Shown: piece by piece, positions 1-6,199 of the stretch
Layout: the number at the start of each line of letters is the position of its first letter
How positions within the stretch are numbered: the first letter of the stretch is position 1
Source: a virus
Lineage: Duplodnaviria; Heunggongvirae; Uroviricota; Caudoviricetes
DNA: 6,899 nt
Virus record (IMG/VR): IMGVR_UViG_2537561710_000007
Reading direction: 5' to 3' (one strand)
The notes under the pieces: generated by a model
What the model saw: only the letters and a program-made list of their open reading frames with translations
What the model was told of the DNA's origin: nothing
The model's database searches: none
Program-made: the position numbers and the translations under genes

Positions 1-121
1 CCCAGGCTGAGAAATTTCCTGAACCTTTCTGATCAAGAGCGATGTTAATTTGTTCAATCATTTGGTTAGGAAAGCGGATGTTGCGGGTTGTTGTTCTGCG
101 GGTTCTGTTCTTCGTTGACAT
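1..121 (-). CDS. Partial small prophage protein, YlcI/YnfO-like (DUF3950 family); N-terminal 40 codons only, C-terminus lies beyond the left window edge
   Basis: Minus-strand ATG is the reverse complement of 119-121. Translation MSTKNRTRRTTTRNIRFPNQMIEQINIALDQKGSGNFSAW stays open to position 1. From memory it closely resembles E. coli prophage proteins YlcI/YnfO, which sit next to the terminase small-subunit homologs of cryptic lambdoid prophages. Not in the ORF track because it is truncated. No strong SD (upstream on minus strand: acggggcaacctca). Confidence 0.55.
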   Translation of the reverse strand, partial: MSTKNRTRRTTTRNIRFPNQMIEQINIALDQKGSGNFSAW

Positions 122-284
122 GAGGTTGCCCCGTATTCAGTGTCGCTGATTTGTATTGTCTGAAGTTGTTTTTACGTTAAGTTGATGCAGATCAATTAAT
201 ACGATACCTGCGTCATAATTAATTATTTGACGTGGTTTGATGGCGTAGATGCACGTTGTGACATGTAGATGATAATTATTATCA

Positions 285-300
285 TTTTGCGGGTCCTTTC
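285..300. promoter_or_regulatory. cosQ: Putative cosQ-like element upstream of cosN (needed for packaging termination in lambda)
   Basis: Segment gcgggtcctttccggcgatccgacaggttacg (289-320) nearly matches the last ~30 bp of the lambda right end as I recall it. In lambda, cosQ is a short element a few tens of bp upstream of the nick site. Exact boundaries are not determinable from sequence alone. Confidence 0.35.
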
Positions 301-310
301 CGGCGATCCG

Positions 311-342
311 ACAGGTTACGGGGCGGCGACCTCGCGGGTTTT
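311..342. promoter_or_regulatory. cosN: cosN, the terminase nicking site; 12-nt cohesive-end sequence GGGCGGCGACCT at 321-332
   Basis: Directly seen: acaggttacg|GGGCGGCGACCT|cgcgggttttcgctatttatgaaaattttccgg. This matches the junction of the lambda right end (…gatccgacaggttacg) and left end (gggcggcgacctcgcgggttttcgctatttatgaaaattttccgg…). It lies about 185 bp upstream of the terminase small-subunit start, as in lambda. Confidence 0.85.
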
Positions 343-369
343 CGCTATTTATGAAAATTTTCCGGGATC

Positions 370-380
370 CATGTCCGGTT
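370..380 (-). repeat. R-site-like repeat copy 1 (inverted): catgtccggtt
   Basis: Exact reverse complement of the 11-mer AACCGGACATG found at 428-438 and 458-468. Confidence 0.6.
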
Positions 381-427
381 TCTCTTCAAGTTAACTATAT
401 GAAAAATATAAAAACAGGTCTTCTGTG

Positions 428-438
428 AACCGGACATG
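428..438 (+). repeat. R-site-like repeat copy 2: aaccggacatg
   Basis: Exact 11-mer match to copy 3; 30 bp centre to centre from copy 3. Confidence 0.6.
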
Positions 439-457
439 AACAAAAAACAGACATGTA

Positions 458-468
458 AACCGGACATG
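458..468 (+). repeat. R-site-like repeat copy 3: aaccggacatg, inside an imperfect 18-bp palindrome aaccggacatgaccggtt (458-475)
   Basis: Exact 11-mer match. The 18-mer differs from its own reverse complement at two positions. Confidence 0.6.
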
Positions 469-515
469 ACCGGTTTTGTTGTGATTGTGAGGTGAGAGTT
501 TTTGCGAGGTGAGGA

Positions 516-1025
516 GTGGCTACGCAGACTGAAGTTGCCAGGCATTTAAGTCTGACCGATCGCCAGCTTCGCAGATTGCAGAAATTGCCGGGTGCCCCGA
601 TATCGAATAAGCGAGGGCAACTGGATCTGGATGCCTGGCGCGATTTTTACATATCGTATCTGAGGAGAAGTAAAAACGATGTGCCTGATGGCGATAGCGA
701 AGACGACTATGAGGAGAAATTGCTTATTGCCAGATGGGAACTGACAGCAGAACAGGCTGTTACACAGCAGTTAAAAAATGAGGTGTCAAAAGGAAAACTG
801 ATTGACACCGGGTTCTGTATTTTTGCCCTCAGTAAGCTGGCAATGGCGTTATCCAGTACGCTTGATTCCATCCCTTTATCCATGCAGCGACAGTTTCCTG
901 ATTTAACACCGCGCCATCTTGACCATCTGAAAACCCTTATTGCTAAGGGGGCAAATCAGTGTGCGCGGGCAGGGGATAAATTACCGGATTTACTTGATGA
1001 ATATATCAGAGCAACAACTGAATAA
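516..1025 (+). CDS. nu1: Terminase small subunit, lambda Nu1-like (169 aa), GTG start
   Basis: ORF 516-1025. GTG at 516 is the first start codon after an in-frame stop, preceded by gaggtgaggag. The C-terminal half (TGFCIFALSKLAMALSSTLDSIPLSMQRQFPDLTPRHLDHL…LPDLLDEYI) aligns with the lambda Nu1 C-terminus (TAFCTFVLSRIAGEIASILDGLPLSVQRRFPELENRHVDFL…IPGLLSEYI). The N-terminus (EVARHLSLTDRQLRRL) looks like a helix-turn-helix but has low identity to lambda Nu1. It sits directly downstream of cos and overlaps the large-subunit start. Confidence 0.85.
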   Translation: MATQTEVARHLSLTDRQLRRLQKLPGAPISNKRGQLDLDAWRDFYISYLRRSKNDVPDGDSEDDYEEKLLIARWELTAEQAVTQQLKNEVSKGKLIDTGFCIFALSKLAMALSSTLDSIPLSMQRQFPDLTPRHLDHLKTLIAKGANQCARAGDKLPDLLDEYIRATTE

Positions 1026-2925
1026 TATGATGAGCGCTGTCACAACTGCATTACAGCCCCTGATAAGGGCATTGCCGGTGACGCCAGTTGAATGGGCTGA
1101 TCAAAATTATTATCTGCCTAAAGAATCTTCATATGGTGAGGGCGAATGGAAAACGCTGCCATTCCAGATCGCCATCATGAACAGTATGGGGAATGATCAG
1201 ATCCGCACTGTTAATCTGATTAAATCTGCCCGTGTTGGCTATACAAAGATGTTGCTGGGGGGGGGCGGGTATTTTATTGAGCATAAATCCCGAAACAGTC
1301 TGCTTTTTCAGCCCACGGATTCTGCCGCTGAAGATTTTATGAAGTCTCACGTGGAGGCGACGATTCGGAACGTGCCATGCCTGAAAGACCTTTCCCCATG
1401 GCTGGGTCGTAAACATCGTGACAATACTCTCACGCTGAAACGCTTTTCATCGGGCGTCGGTTTCTGGTGCCTGGGCGGCGCTGCCGCCAAAAACTACCGT
1501 GAAAAATCCGTTGACGTGGTCTGCTATGACGAACTTTCCTCGTTCGAGCCGGATGTCGAAAAAGAGGGCTCGCCAACCCTGCTGGGGGATAAGCGTATTG
1601 AGGGGTCGGTGTGGCCAAAATCCATTCGCGGCTCGACGCCTAAAATCAAAGGCACCTGCCAGATCGAAAAAGCCGCTAACGAGTCGGCGCATTTTATGCG
1701 TTTTTATGTGCCCTGCCCGCACTGTGGGGAGGCGCAGTATCTGAAATTTGGCGATGAGTCCACGCCTTTTGGGCTTAAATGGGAGAAGGACAGCCCTGAA
1801 AGTGTTTTCTACCTCTGTGAACATCATGGCTGCGTGATCCATCAGTCTGAACTGGACCAGAGCAACGGGCGGTGGATCTGTGAAAACACGGGCATGTGGA
1901 CCCGTGACGGTCTGACGTTTTTCAGCGCCCGGGGTGATGAAATTCCGCCGCCGCGCTCCATCATGTTCCATATCTGGACGGCGTACAGTCCGTTCACCAC
2001 CTGGGTACAGATTGTCTATGACTGGCTGGATGCACTGAAAGATCCCAACGGCCTGAAAACCTTTGTGAACACCACGCTGGGCGAGACCTGGGAAGAGGCC
2101 GTGGGCGAAAAACTCGATCACCAGGTACTGATGGATAAGGTGGTGCGTTACACGGCGGCGGTGCCTGCCCGGGTGGTTTATCTGACGGCGGGCATTGACT
2201 CGCAGCGAAACCGTTTTGAGATGTATGTCTGGGGATGGGCTCCGGGAGAGGAAGCCTTTCTGGTGGATAAAATCATCATTATGGGGCGTCCTGATGAGGA
2301 AGAGACGCTGTTACGTGTGGATGCGGCGATCAACAAAAAATACCGCCATGCGGATGGCACCGAAATGACTATTTCCCGTGTCTGCTGGGACACCGGGGGG
2401 ATCGATGGTGAAATTGTTTATCAGAGATCAAAAAAACACGGTGTTTTCCGGGTGCTGCCGGTAAAAGGCGCATCTGTCTATGGCAAGCCGGTGATCACCA
2501 TGCCAAAAACCCGCAATCAGCGGGGCGTGTATCTGTGTGAAGTGGGAACGGACACCGCAAAAGAAATTCTCTATGCCCGTATGAAAGCCGATCCCTCGCC
2601 TGCGGATGAAGCCACGTCGTATGCCATCCGTTTTCCTGATGATCCGGAGATTTTTTCGCAGACAGAGGCGCAGCAACTGGTGGCGGAAGAGCTGGTGGAG
2701 AAGTGGGAAAAAGGAAAGATGCGTCTGCTGTGGGATAACAAAAAGCGGCGTAACGAAGCGCTGGACTGCCTGGTGTATGCCTACGCGGCATTACGTGTGT
2801 CCGTGCAACGCTGGCAGCTTGATCTGGCTGTACTGGCAAAATCCCGGGAAGAAGAGACGACCCGGCCAACCCTGAAAGAACTGGCAGCGAAGCTGTCCGG
2901 AGGAGTGAATGGTTACAGTCGCTGA
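997..2925 (+). CDS. A: Terminase large subunit, lambda gpA-like (642 aa): packaging ATPase and cos endonuclease
   Basis: ATG at 997 gives MNISEQQLNN…, matching the lambda gpA N-terminus (MNISNSQVNRL…). Homology runs the full length (VEWADxNYYLPKES, KSARVGYT Walker-A-like at residues 76-83, VVCYDELSSF Walker-B-like, GSPTLLGDKRIEGSVWPKSIRGSTPK, CPHCGE…YLCEH, WTAYSPFTTWVQIV, FVNTTLGETWE, TAGIDSQ, ICWDTGGID, KKRRNEALDC). The ORF track extends upstream to 940, but that extension has no counterpart in gpA. It overlaps the Nu1 end by 29 nt. Confidence 0.93.
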   Translation: MNISEQQLNNMMSAVTTALQPLIRALPVTPVEWADQNYYLPKESSYGEGEWKTLPFQIAIMNSMGNDQIRTVNLIKSARVGYTKMLLGGGGYFIEHKSRNSLLFQPTDSAAEDFMKSHVEATIRNVPCLKDLSPWLGRKHRDNTLTLKRFSSGVGFWCLGGAAAKNYREKSVDVVCYDELSSFEPDVEKEGSPTLLGDKRIEGSVWPKSIRGSTPKIKGTCQIEKAANESAHFMRFYVPCPHCGEAQYLKFGDESTPFGLKWEKDSPESVFYLCEHHGCVIHQSELDQSNGRWICENTGMWTRDGLTFFSARGDEIPPPRSIMFHIWTAYSPFTTWVQIVYDWLDALKDPNGLKTFVNTTLGETWEEAVGEKLDHQVLMDKVVRYTAAVPARVVYLTAGIDSQRNRFEMYVWGWAPGEEAFLVDKIIIMGRPDEEETLLRVDAAINKKYRHADGTEMTISRVCWDTGGIDGEIVYQRSKKHGVFRVLPVKGASVYGKPVITMPKTRNQRGVYLCEVGTDTAKEILYARMKADPSPADEATSYAIRFPDDPEIFSQTEAQQLVAEELVEKWEKGKMRLLWDNKKRRNEALDCLVYAYAALRVSVQRWQLDLAVLAKSREEETTRPTLKELAAKLSGGVNGYSR

Positions 2926-3115
2926 ACTGCAGGCGCTGCGTCAGGCGCGCCTTGATTTATTAACCGGTAAACGGGTGGTGTCTGTCCAGAAAGATGGTCG
3001 CAGAATTGAATATACGGCGGCTTCTCTGGATGAGCTTAACCGGGCGATCAATGATGCGGAGTCGGTACTGGGGACAACCCGGCGTCGCCGTCGTCCGCTG
3101 GGAGTGAGGTTATGA
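2909..3115 (+). CDS. W: Head-tail joining / head completion protein, lambda gpW-like (68 aa)
   Basis: ATG at 2909 with aggag at 2901-2905. Translation MVTVAELQALRQARLDLLTGKRVVSVQKDGRRIEYTAASLDEL… aligns with lambda gpW (…[24 protein letters not shown]…). Its start overlaps the terminase stop (2923-2925) and its stop overlaps the portal start. Confidence 0.9.
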   Translation: MVTVAELQALRQARLDLLTGKRVVSVQKDGRRIEYTAASLDELNRAINDAESVLGTTRRRRRPLGVRL

Positions 3116-4704
3116 AACGAACGCCTGTCCTGATTGATGTGAACGGCGTTCCGCTTCGTGAGAGTCTCAGCTACAACGGGGGCGGTGCAGGATTTGGCGG
3201 GCAAATGGCGGAGTGGTTGCCACCGGCGCAGAGTGCCGATGCGGCCCTGCTGCCCGCGTTGCGTCTGGGGAATGCCCGGGCAGATGATCTGGTGCGCAAT
3301 AACGGAATAGCGGCCAATGCGGTGGCACTGCATAAGGATCACATTGTCGGGCATATGTTTCTTATCAGCTACCGTCCGAACTGGCGCTGGCTGGGGATGC
3401 GGGAGACCGCAGCAAAAAGCTTTGTCGATGAGGTGGAGGCGGCCTGGTCGGAATACGCCGAAGGGATGTCTGGCGAGATCGACGTGGAAGGAAAACGCAC
3501 GTTCACGGAATTTATCCGTGAAGGTGTGGGCGTTCATGCGTTTAACGGCGAAATCTTTGTGCAGCCGGTCTGGGATACGGAAACCACGCAGTTATTCCGT
3601 ACGCGTTTTAAAGCCGTGAGTCCGAAACGGGTGGACACGCCAGGACACGGTATGGGGAACCGTTTTCTGCGGGCCGGGGTGGAGGTCGATCGATATGGCC
3701 GTGCCGTTGCGTACCATATCTGTGAGGATGATTTTCCTCGCTCCGGGAGTGGACGATGGGAACGGATCCCGCGTGAACTTCCCACCGGGCGTCCGGCCAT
3801 GCTGCATATTTTCGAGCCGGTGGAGGACGGGCAGACCCGTGGGGCCAACCAGTTTTACAGCGTCATGGAACGGCTGAAGATGCTCGATTCCCTGCAGGCA
3901 ACACAGCTTCAGTCGGCCATTGTGAAAGCCATGTATGCAGCGACGATTGAAAGTGACCTTGATACCGAAAAGGCCTTTGAATATATCGCCGGTGCGCCGC
4001 AGGGGCAGAAGGATAATCCGCTTATTAATATTCTGGAGAAGTTCTCCAGCTGGTATGACACGAATAACGTGACGCTGGGTGGTGTCAAAATTCCGCACCT
4101 TTTCCCCGGGGATGATCTGAAACTACAGACTGCGCAGGATTCAGACAATGGATTTTCGGCGCTTGAACAGGCGCTGCTGCGGTATATCGCCGCCGGTCTT
4201 GGCGTTTCCTACGAACAGTTGTCCCGTGATTACTCGAAGGTCAGTTATTCAAGTGCCAGGGCCTCTGCCAATGAGTCGTGGCGCTATTTTATGGGGCGGC
4301 GAAAATTTATTGCGGCCCGGCTGGCCACGCAGATGTTTTCCTACTGGCTGGAAGAGGCACTTCTTCGGGGGATTATCCGTCCGCCACGGGCGCGTTTTGA
4401 TTTTTATCAGGCGCGATCAGCCTGGTCACGGGCAGAGTGGATTGGTGCCGGAAGAATGGCCATTGACGGGCTCAAGGAGGTTCAGGAATCGGTGATGCGC
4501 ATTGAGGCCGGACTGAGCACGTATGAGAAAGAGCCGGCGCTGATGGGCGAGGATTATCAGGACATTTTCCGCCAGCAGGTCAGGGAATCTGCAGAGCGGC
4601 AAAAAGCCGGACTCTCACGTCCGGTGTGGATAGCGCAGGCGTATCAGCAGCAGATAGCGGAGAGTCGCAGGCCGGAAGAGGAGACAACACCCCGTGAGAC
4701 GTAA
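3112..4704 (+). CDS. B: Portal protein, lambda gpB-like (530 aa)
   Basis: ATG at 3112 overlaps the W stop as ATGA (3112-3115). Translation starts MKRTPVLIDVNGVPLRESLSYNGGGAGFGG…, which matches lambda gpB very closely over most of its length as far as I recall. Length is similar (lambda 533 aa) and gene order is conserved. Confidence 0.93.
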   Translation: MKRTPVLIDVNGVPLRESLSYNGGGAGFGGQMAEWLPPAQSADAALLPALRLGNARADDLVRNNGIAANAVALHKDHIVGHMFLISYRPNWRWLGMRETAAKSFVDEVEAAWSEYAEGMSGEIDVEGKRTFTEFIREGVGVHAFNGEIFVQPVWDTETTQLFRTRFKAVSPKRVDTPGHGMGNRFLRAGVEVDRYGRAVAYHICEDDFPRSGSGRWERIPRELPTGRPAMLHIFEPVEDGQTRGANQFYSVMERLKMLDSLQATQLQSAIVKAMYAATIESDLDTEKAFEYIAGAPQGQKDNPLINILEKFSSWYDTNNVTLGGVKIPHLFPGDDLKLQTAQDSDNGFSALEQALLRYIAAGLGVSYEQLSRDYSKVSYSSARASANESWRYFMGRRKFIAARLATQMFSYWLEEALLRGIIRPPRARFDFYQARSAWSRAEWIGAGRMAIDGLKEVQESVMRIEAGLSTYEKEPALMGEDYQDIFRQQVRESAERQKAGLSRPVWIAQAYQQQIAESRRPEEETTPRET

Positions 4705-6199
4705 TCTTTCACACATTATTGCCGCAGCATTCAATGAACCGCTGCTTCTGGAGCCCGCCTATGCGCGGGTTTTCTTTTGCGCGCTCGGGCGCGAGATGGG
4801 GGCAGCAAGTCTTTCGGTACCACAGCAGCAGGTACAGCTTGATGCTCCCGGAATGCTGGCTGAAACGGACGAGTACATGGCCGGAGGTAAACGACCGGCC
4901 CGTGTTTACCGGGTGGTGAACGGTATTGCTGTACTGCCGGTGACCGGCACGCTGGTGCACCGGCTGGGGGGTATGCGGCCATTTTCCGGAATGACAGGCT
5001 ATGACGGCATTGTCGCCTGTCTTCAGCAGGCAATGGCGGATAGCCAGGTGCGGGGCGTACTGCTGGACATTGACAGTCCGGGCGGGCAGGCCGCCGGCGC
5101 GTTTGACTGCGCTGACATGATTTACCGCCTCCGTCAGCAGAAGCCGGTCTGGGCACTGTGCAATGACACGGCCTGTTCTGCAGCCATGCTGCTGGCGTCG
5201 GCCTGCTCCCGACGGCTGGTTACCCAGACATCCCGTATCGGCTCCATTGGCGTGATGATGAGCCATGTCAGCTATGCCGGTCATCTGGCGCAGGCCGGTG
5301 TGGATATCACGCTGATTTACTCAGGGGCGCACAAGGTGGATGGCAATCAGTTTGAAGCCTTACCGGCAGAGGTTCGCCAGAACATGCAGCAGCGCATTGA
5401 TGCGGCGCGCCGGATGTTTGCCGAAAAAGTGGCCATGTTTACCGGTCTGTCTGTTGATGCCGTCACGGGAACAGAGGCCGCCGTTTTTGAAGGTCAGTCC
5501 GGCATTGATGCCGGGCTGGCGGATGAATTAGTCAATGCGTCGGATGCCATCAGTGTGATGGCCACGGCGCTGAACAGTAATGTCAGAGGAGGCACTATGC
5601 CGCAATTAACTGCAACGGAAGCCGCCGCGCAGGAGAACCAGCGAGTGATGGGGATCCTGACATGCCAGGAAGCGAAAGGACGTGAACAGCTTGCCACGAT
5701 GCTGGCAGGACAACAGGGCATGAGCGTTGAACAGGCCCGGGCGATTCTGGCCGCGGCGGCACCGCAGCAGCCGGTGGCATCCACGCAGAGTGAAGCCGAT
5801 CGCATTATGGCGTGTGAAGAAGCGAACGGTCGTGAACAACTGGCGGCAACGCTGGCGGCGATGCCGGAGATGACGGTGGAAAAAGCCCGCCCGATCCTGG
5901 CTGCTTCACCGCAGGCGGATGCCGGACCCTCACTCCGTGATCAGATCATGGCACTGGATGAGGCAAAAGGGGCTGAGGCGCAGGCTGAACAGCTGGCTGC
6001 CTGCCCGGGAATGACTGTGGAGAGCGCCCGGGCTGTGCTGGCTGCGGGATCAGGTAAGGCAGAACCGGTCTCTGCATCCACAACCGCCCTGTTTGAACGC
6101 ATCATGGCGAACCATTCACCGGCTGCGGTACAGGGTGGCGTGCCACAGACGTCAGCAGACGGTGATGCGGACGTGAAAATGCTCATGGCCATGCCATGA
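4694..6199 (+). CDS. C: Head maturation protease / scaffold fusion, lambda gpC-like (S49, ClpP-like serine peptidase domain plus C-terminal scaffold domain), 501 aa, GTG start
   Basis: N-terminal two thirds align with lambda gpC (AFNEPLLLEPAYARVFFCAL, NGIAVLPVTGTLV, SGMTGYDGI, GVLLDIDSPGG, GAFDCAD, KPVWALCND, LLASACSRRLVTQTSRIGSIGVMM, ITLIYSGAHKVDGN, TEAAVFEGQSGIDAGLADELVN). GTG at 4694 overlaps the portal end by 11 nt. The start codon choice is less certain than the gene call. Confidence 0.88.
   Translation: MRRNLSHIIAAAFNEPLLLEPAYARVFFCALGREMGAASLSVPQQQVQLDAPGMLAETDEYMAGGKRPARVYRVVNGIAVLPVTGTLVHRLGGMRPFSGMTGYDGIVACLQQAMADSQVRGVLLDIDSPGGQAAGAFDCADMIYRLRQQKPVWALCNDTACSAAMLLASACSRRLVTQTSRIGSIGVMMSHVSYAGHLAQAGVDITLIYSGAHKVDGNQFEALPAEVRQNMQQRIDAARRMFAEKVAMFTGLSVDAVTGTEAAVFEGQSGIDAGLADELVNASDAISVMATALNSNVRGGTMPQLTATEAAAQENQRVMGILTCQEAKGREQLATMLAGQQGMSVEQARAILAAAAPQQPVASTQSEADRIMACEEANGREQLAATLAAMPEMTVEKARPILAASPQADAGPSLRDQIMALDEAKGAEAQAEQLAACPGMTVESARAVLAAGSGKAEPVSASTTALFERIMANHSPAAVQGGVPQTSADGDADVKMLMAMP
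5597..6199 (+). CDS. nu3: Nested Nu3-like scaffolding protein (200 aa) from an internal in-frame start within the gpC-like gene
   Basis: ATG at 5597 is preceded by a strong SD (agaggagg at 5584-5591, about 5-nt spacing), in frame with the gpC-like ORF. In lambda, Nu3 is likewise encoded in the C frame from an internal start. The product begins MPQLTATEAAAQENQRVMGILTCQEAKGREQ…, comparable to the lambda Nu3 segment …NSRIMGILNCEEAHGREEQ…. Confidence 0.6.
   Translation: MPQLTATEAAAQENQRVMGILTCQEAKGREQLATMLAGQQGMSVEQARAILAAAAPQQPVASTQSEADRIMACEEANGREQLAATLAAMPEMTVEKARPILAASPQADAGPSLRDQIMALDEAKGAEAQAEQLAACPGMTVESARAVLAAGSGKAEPVSASTTALFERIMANHSPAAVQGGVPQTSADGDADVKMLMAMP

Larger units (their letters stand above)
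366..480. promoter_or_regulatory. cosB: cosB-like terminase small-subunit binding region: three copies of an 11-bp motif with an AT-rich spacer
   Basis: Motif AACCGGACATG occurs at 428-438 and 458-468 (direct, 30 bp apart) and as its reverse complement catgtccggtt at 370-380. An AT-rich segment (381-427, ttcaagttaactatatgaaaaatataaaaac) separates the first copy from the other two. Position (between cosN and the Nu1-like gene) and layout parallel the lambda R3-I1-R2-R1 arrangement, but the motif differs from the lambda R sequence. Confidence 0.6.

Noticed and set aside
122-515. Possible sigma-70 promoters for the late operon or for the YlcI-like gene (TTGACG at 225-230, TTGACA at 115-120, TTGATC on the minus strand)
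   Set aside because: None has a convincing -10 hexamer at 16-18 bp spacing. In lambdoid phages the head genes are transcribed by read-through from the upstream late promoter across cos, so a local promoter is not expected. Left uncalled.
345-545. 66-aa minus-strand ORF spanning the cosB region
   Set aside because: It overlaps the terminase-binding repeats and the Nu1-like start and runs to within 13 bp of the cosN nick site. It has no recognisable similarity and lies in AT-rich, low-complexity sequence. Most likely a chance ORF.
940-996. Upstream extension of the large-terminase ORF (MLRGQISVRGQGINYRIYL…) as given in the ORF track
   Set aside because: The lambda gpA N-terminus corresponds to the ATG at 997 (MNIS…). 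The extension lies wholly inside the Nu1-like gene and has no homolog counterpart.
1447-2121. 224-aa minus-strand ORF (and the smaller minus-strand ORFs at 1129-1416 and 1430-1618) antisense to the terminase gene
   Set aside because: They lie entirely within a strongly conserved plus-strand gene. The translations are Arg/Pro/Gly-rich, typical of antisense frames of GC-rich coding sequence.
2606-2875. 89-aa plus-strand ORF in an alternative frame inside the terminase gene (Arg/Trp-rich), and a similar 115-aa ORF at 4148-4495 inside the portal gene
   Set aside because: Out-of-frame overlaps within conserved genes with highly basic, low-complexity translations. No evidence of real embedded genes.
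2941-4098. Minus-strand ORFs 2941-3537 (198 aa), 3534-3848 and 3592-4098 (168 aa) antisense to the W-like and portal genes
   Set aside because: Shadow ORFs inside conserved genes; no start or RBS context and no recognisable domains.
4709-5284. Minus-strand ORFs 4709-5284 (191 aa) and 4731-5156 (141 aa) antisense to the protease gene
   Set aside because: Same reasoning: they overlap the conserved S49 protease domain coding sequence and have Arg/Pro-rich composition.
5494-6192. Several minus-strand ORFs (5494-5805, 5595-5780, 5606-5839, 5941-6192) over the scaffold repeat region
   Set aside because: They are antisense to the Ala/Gln/Glu-rich scaffold coding sequence; the GC-rich repeats generate open antisense frames by chance.
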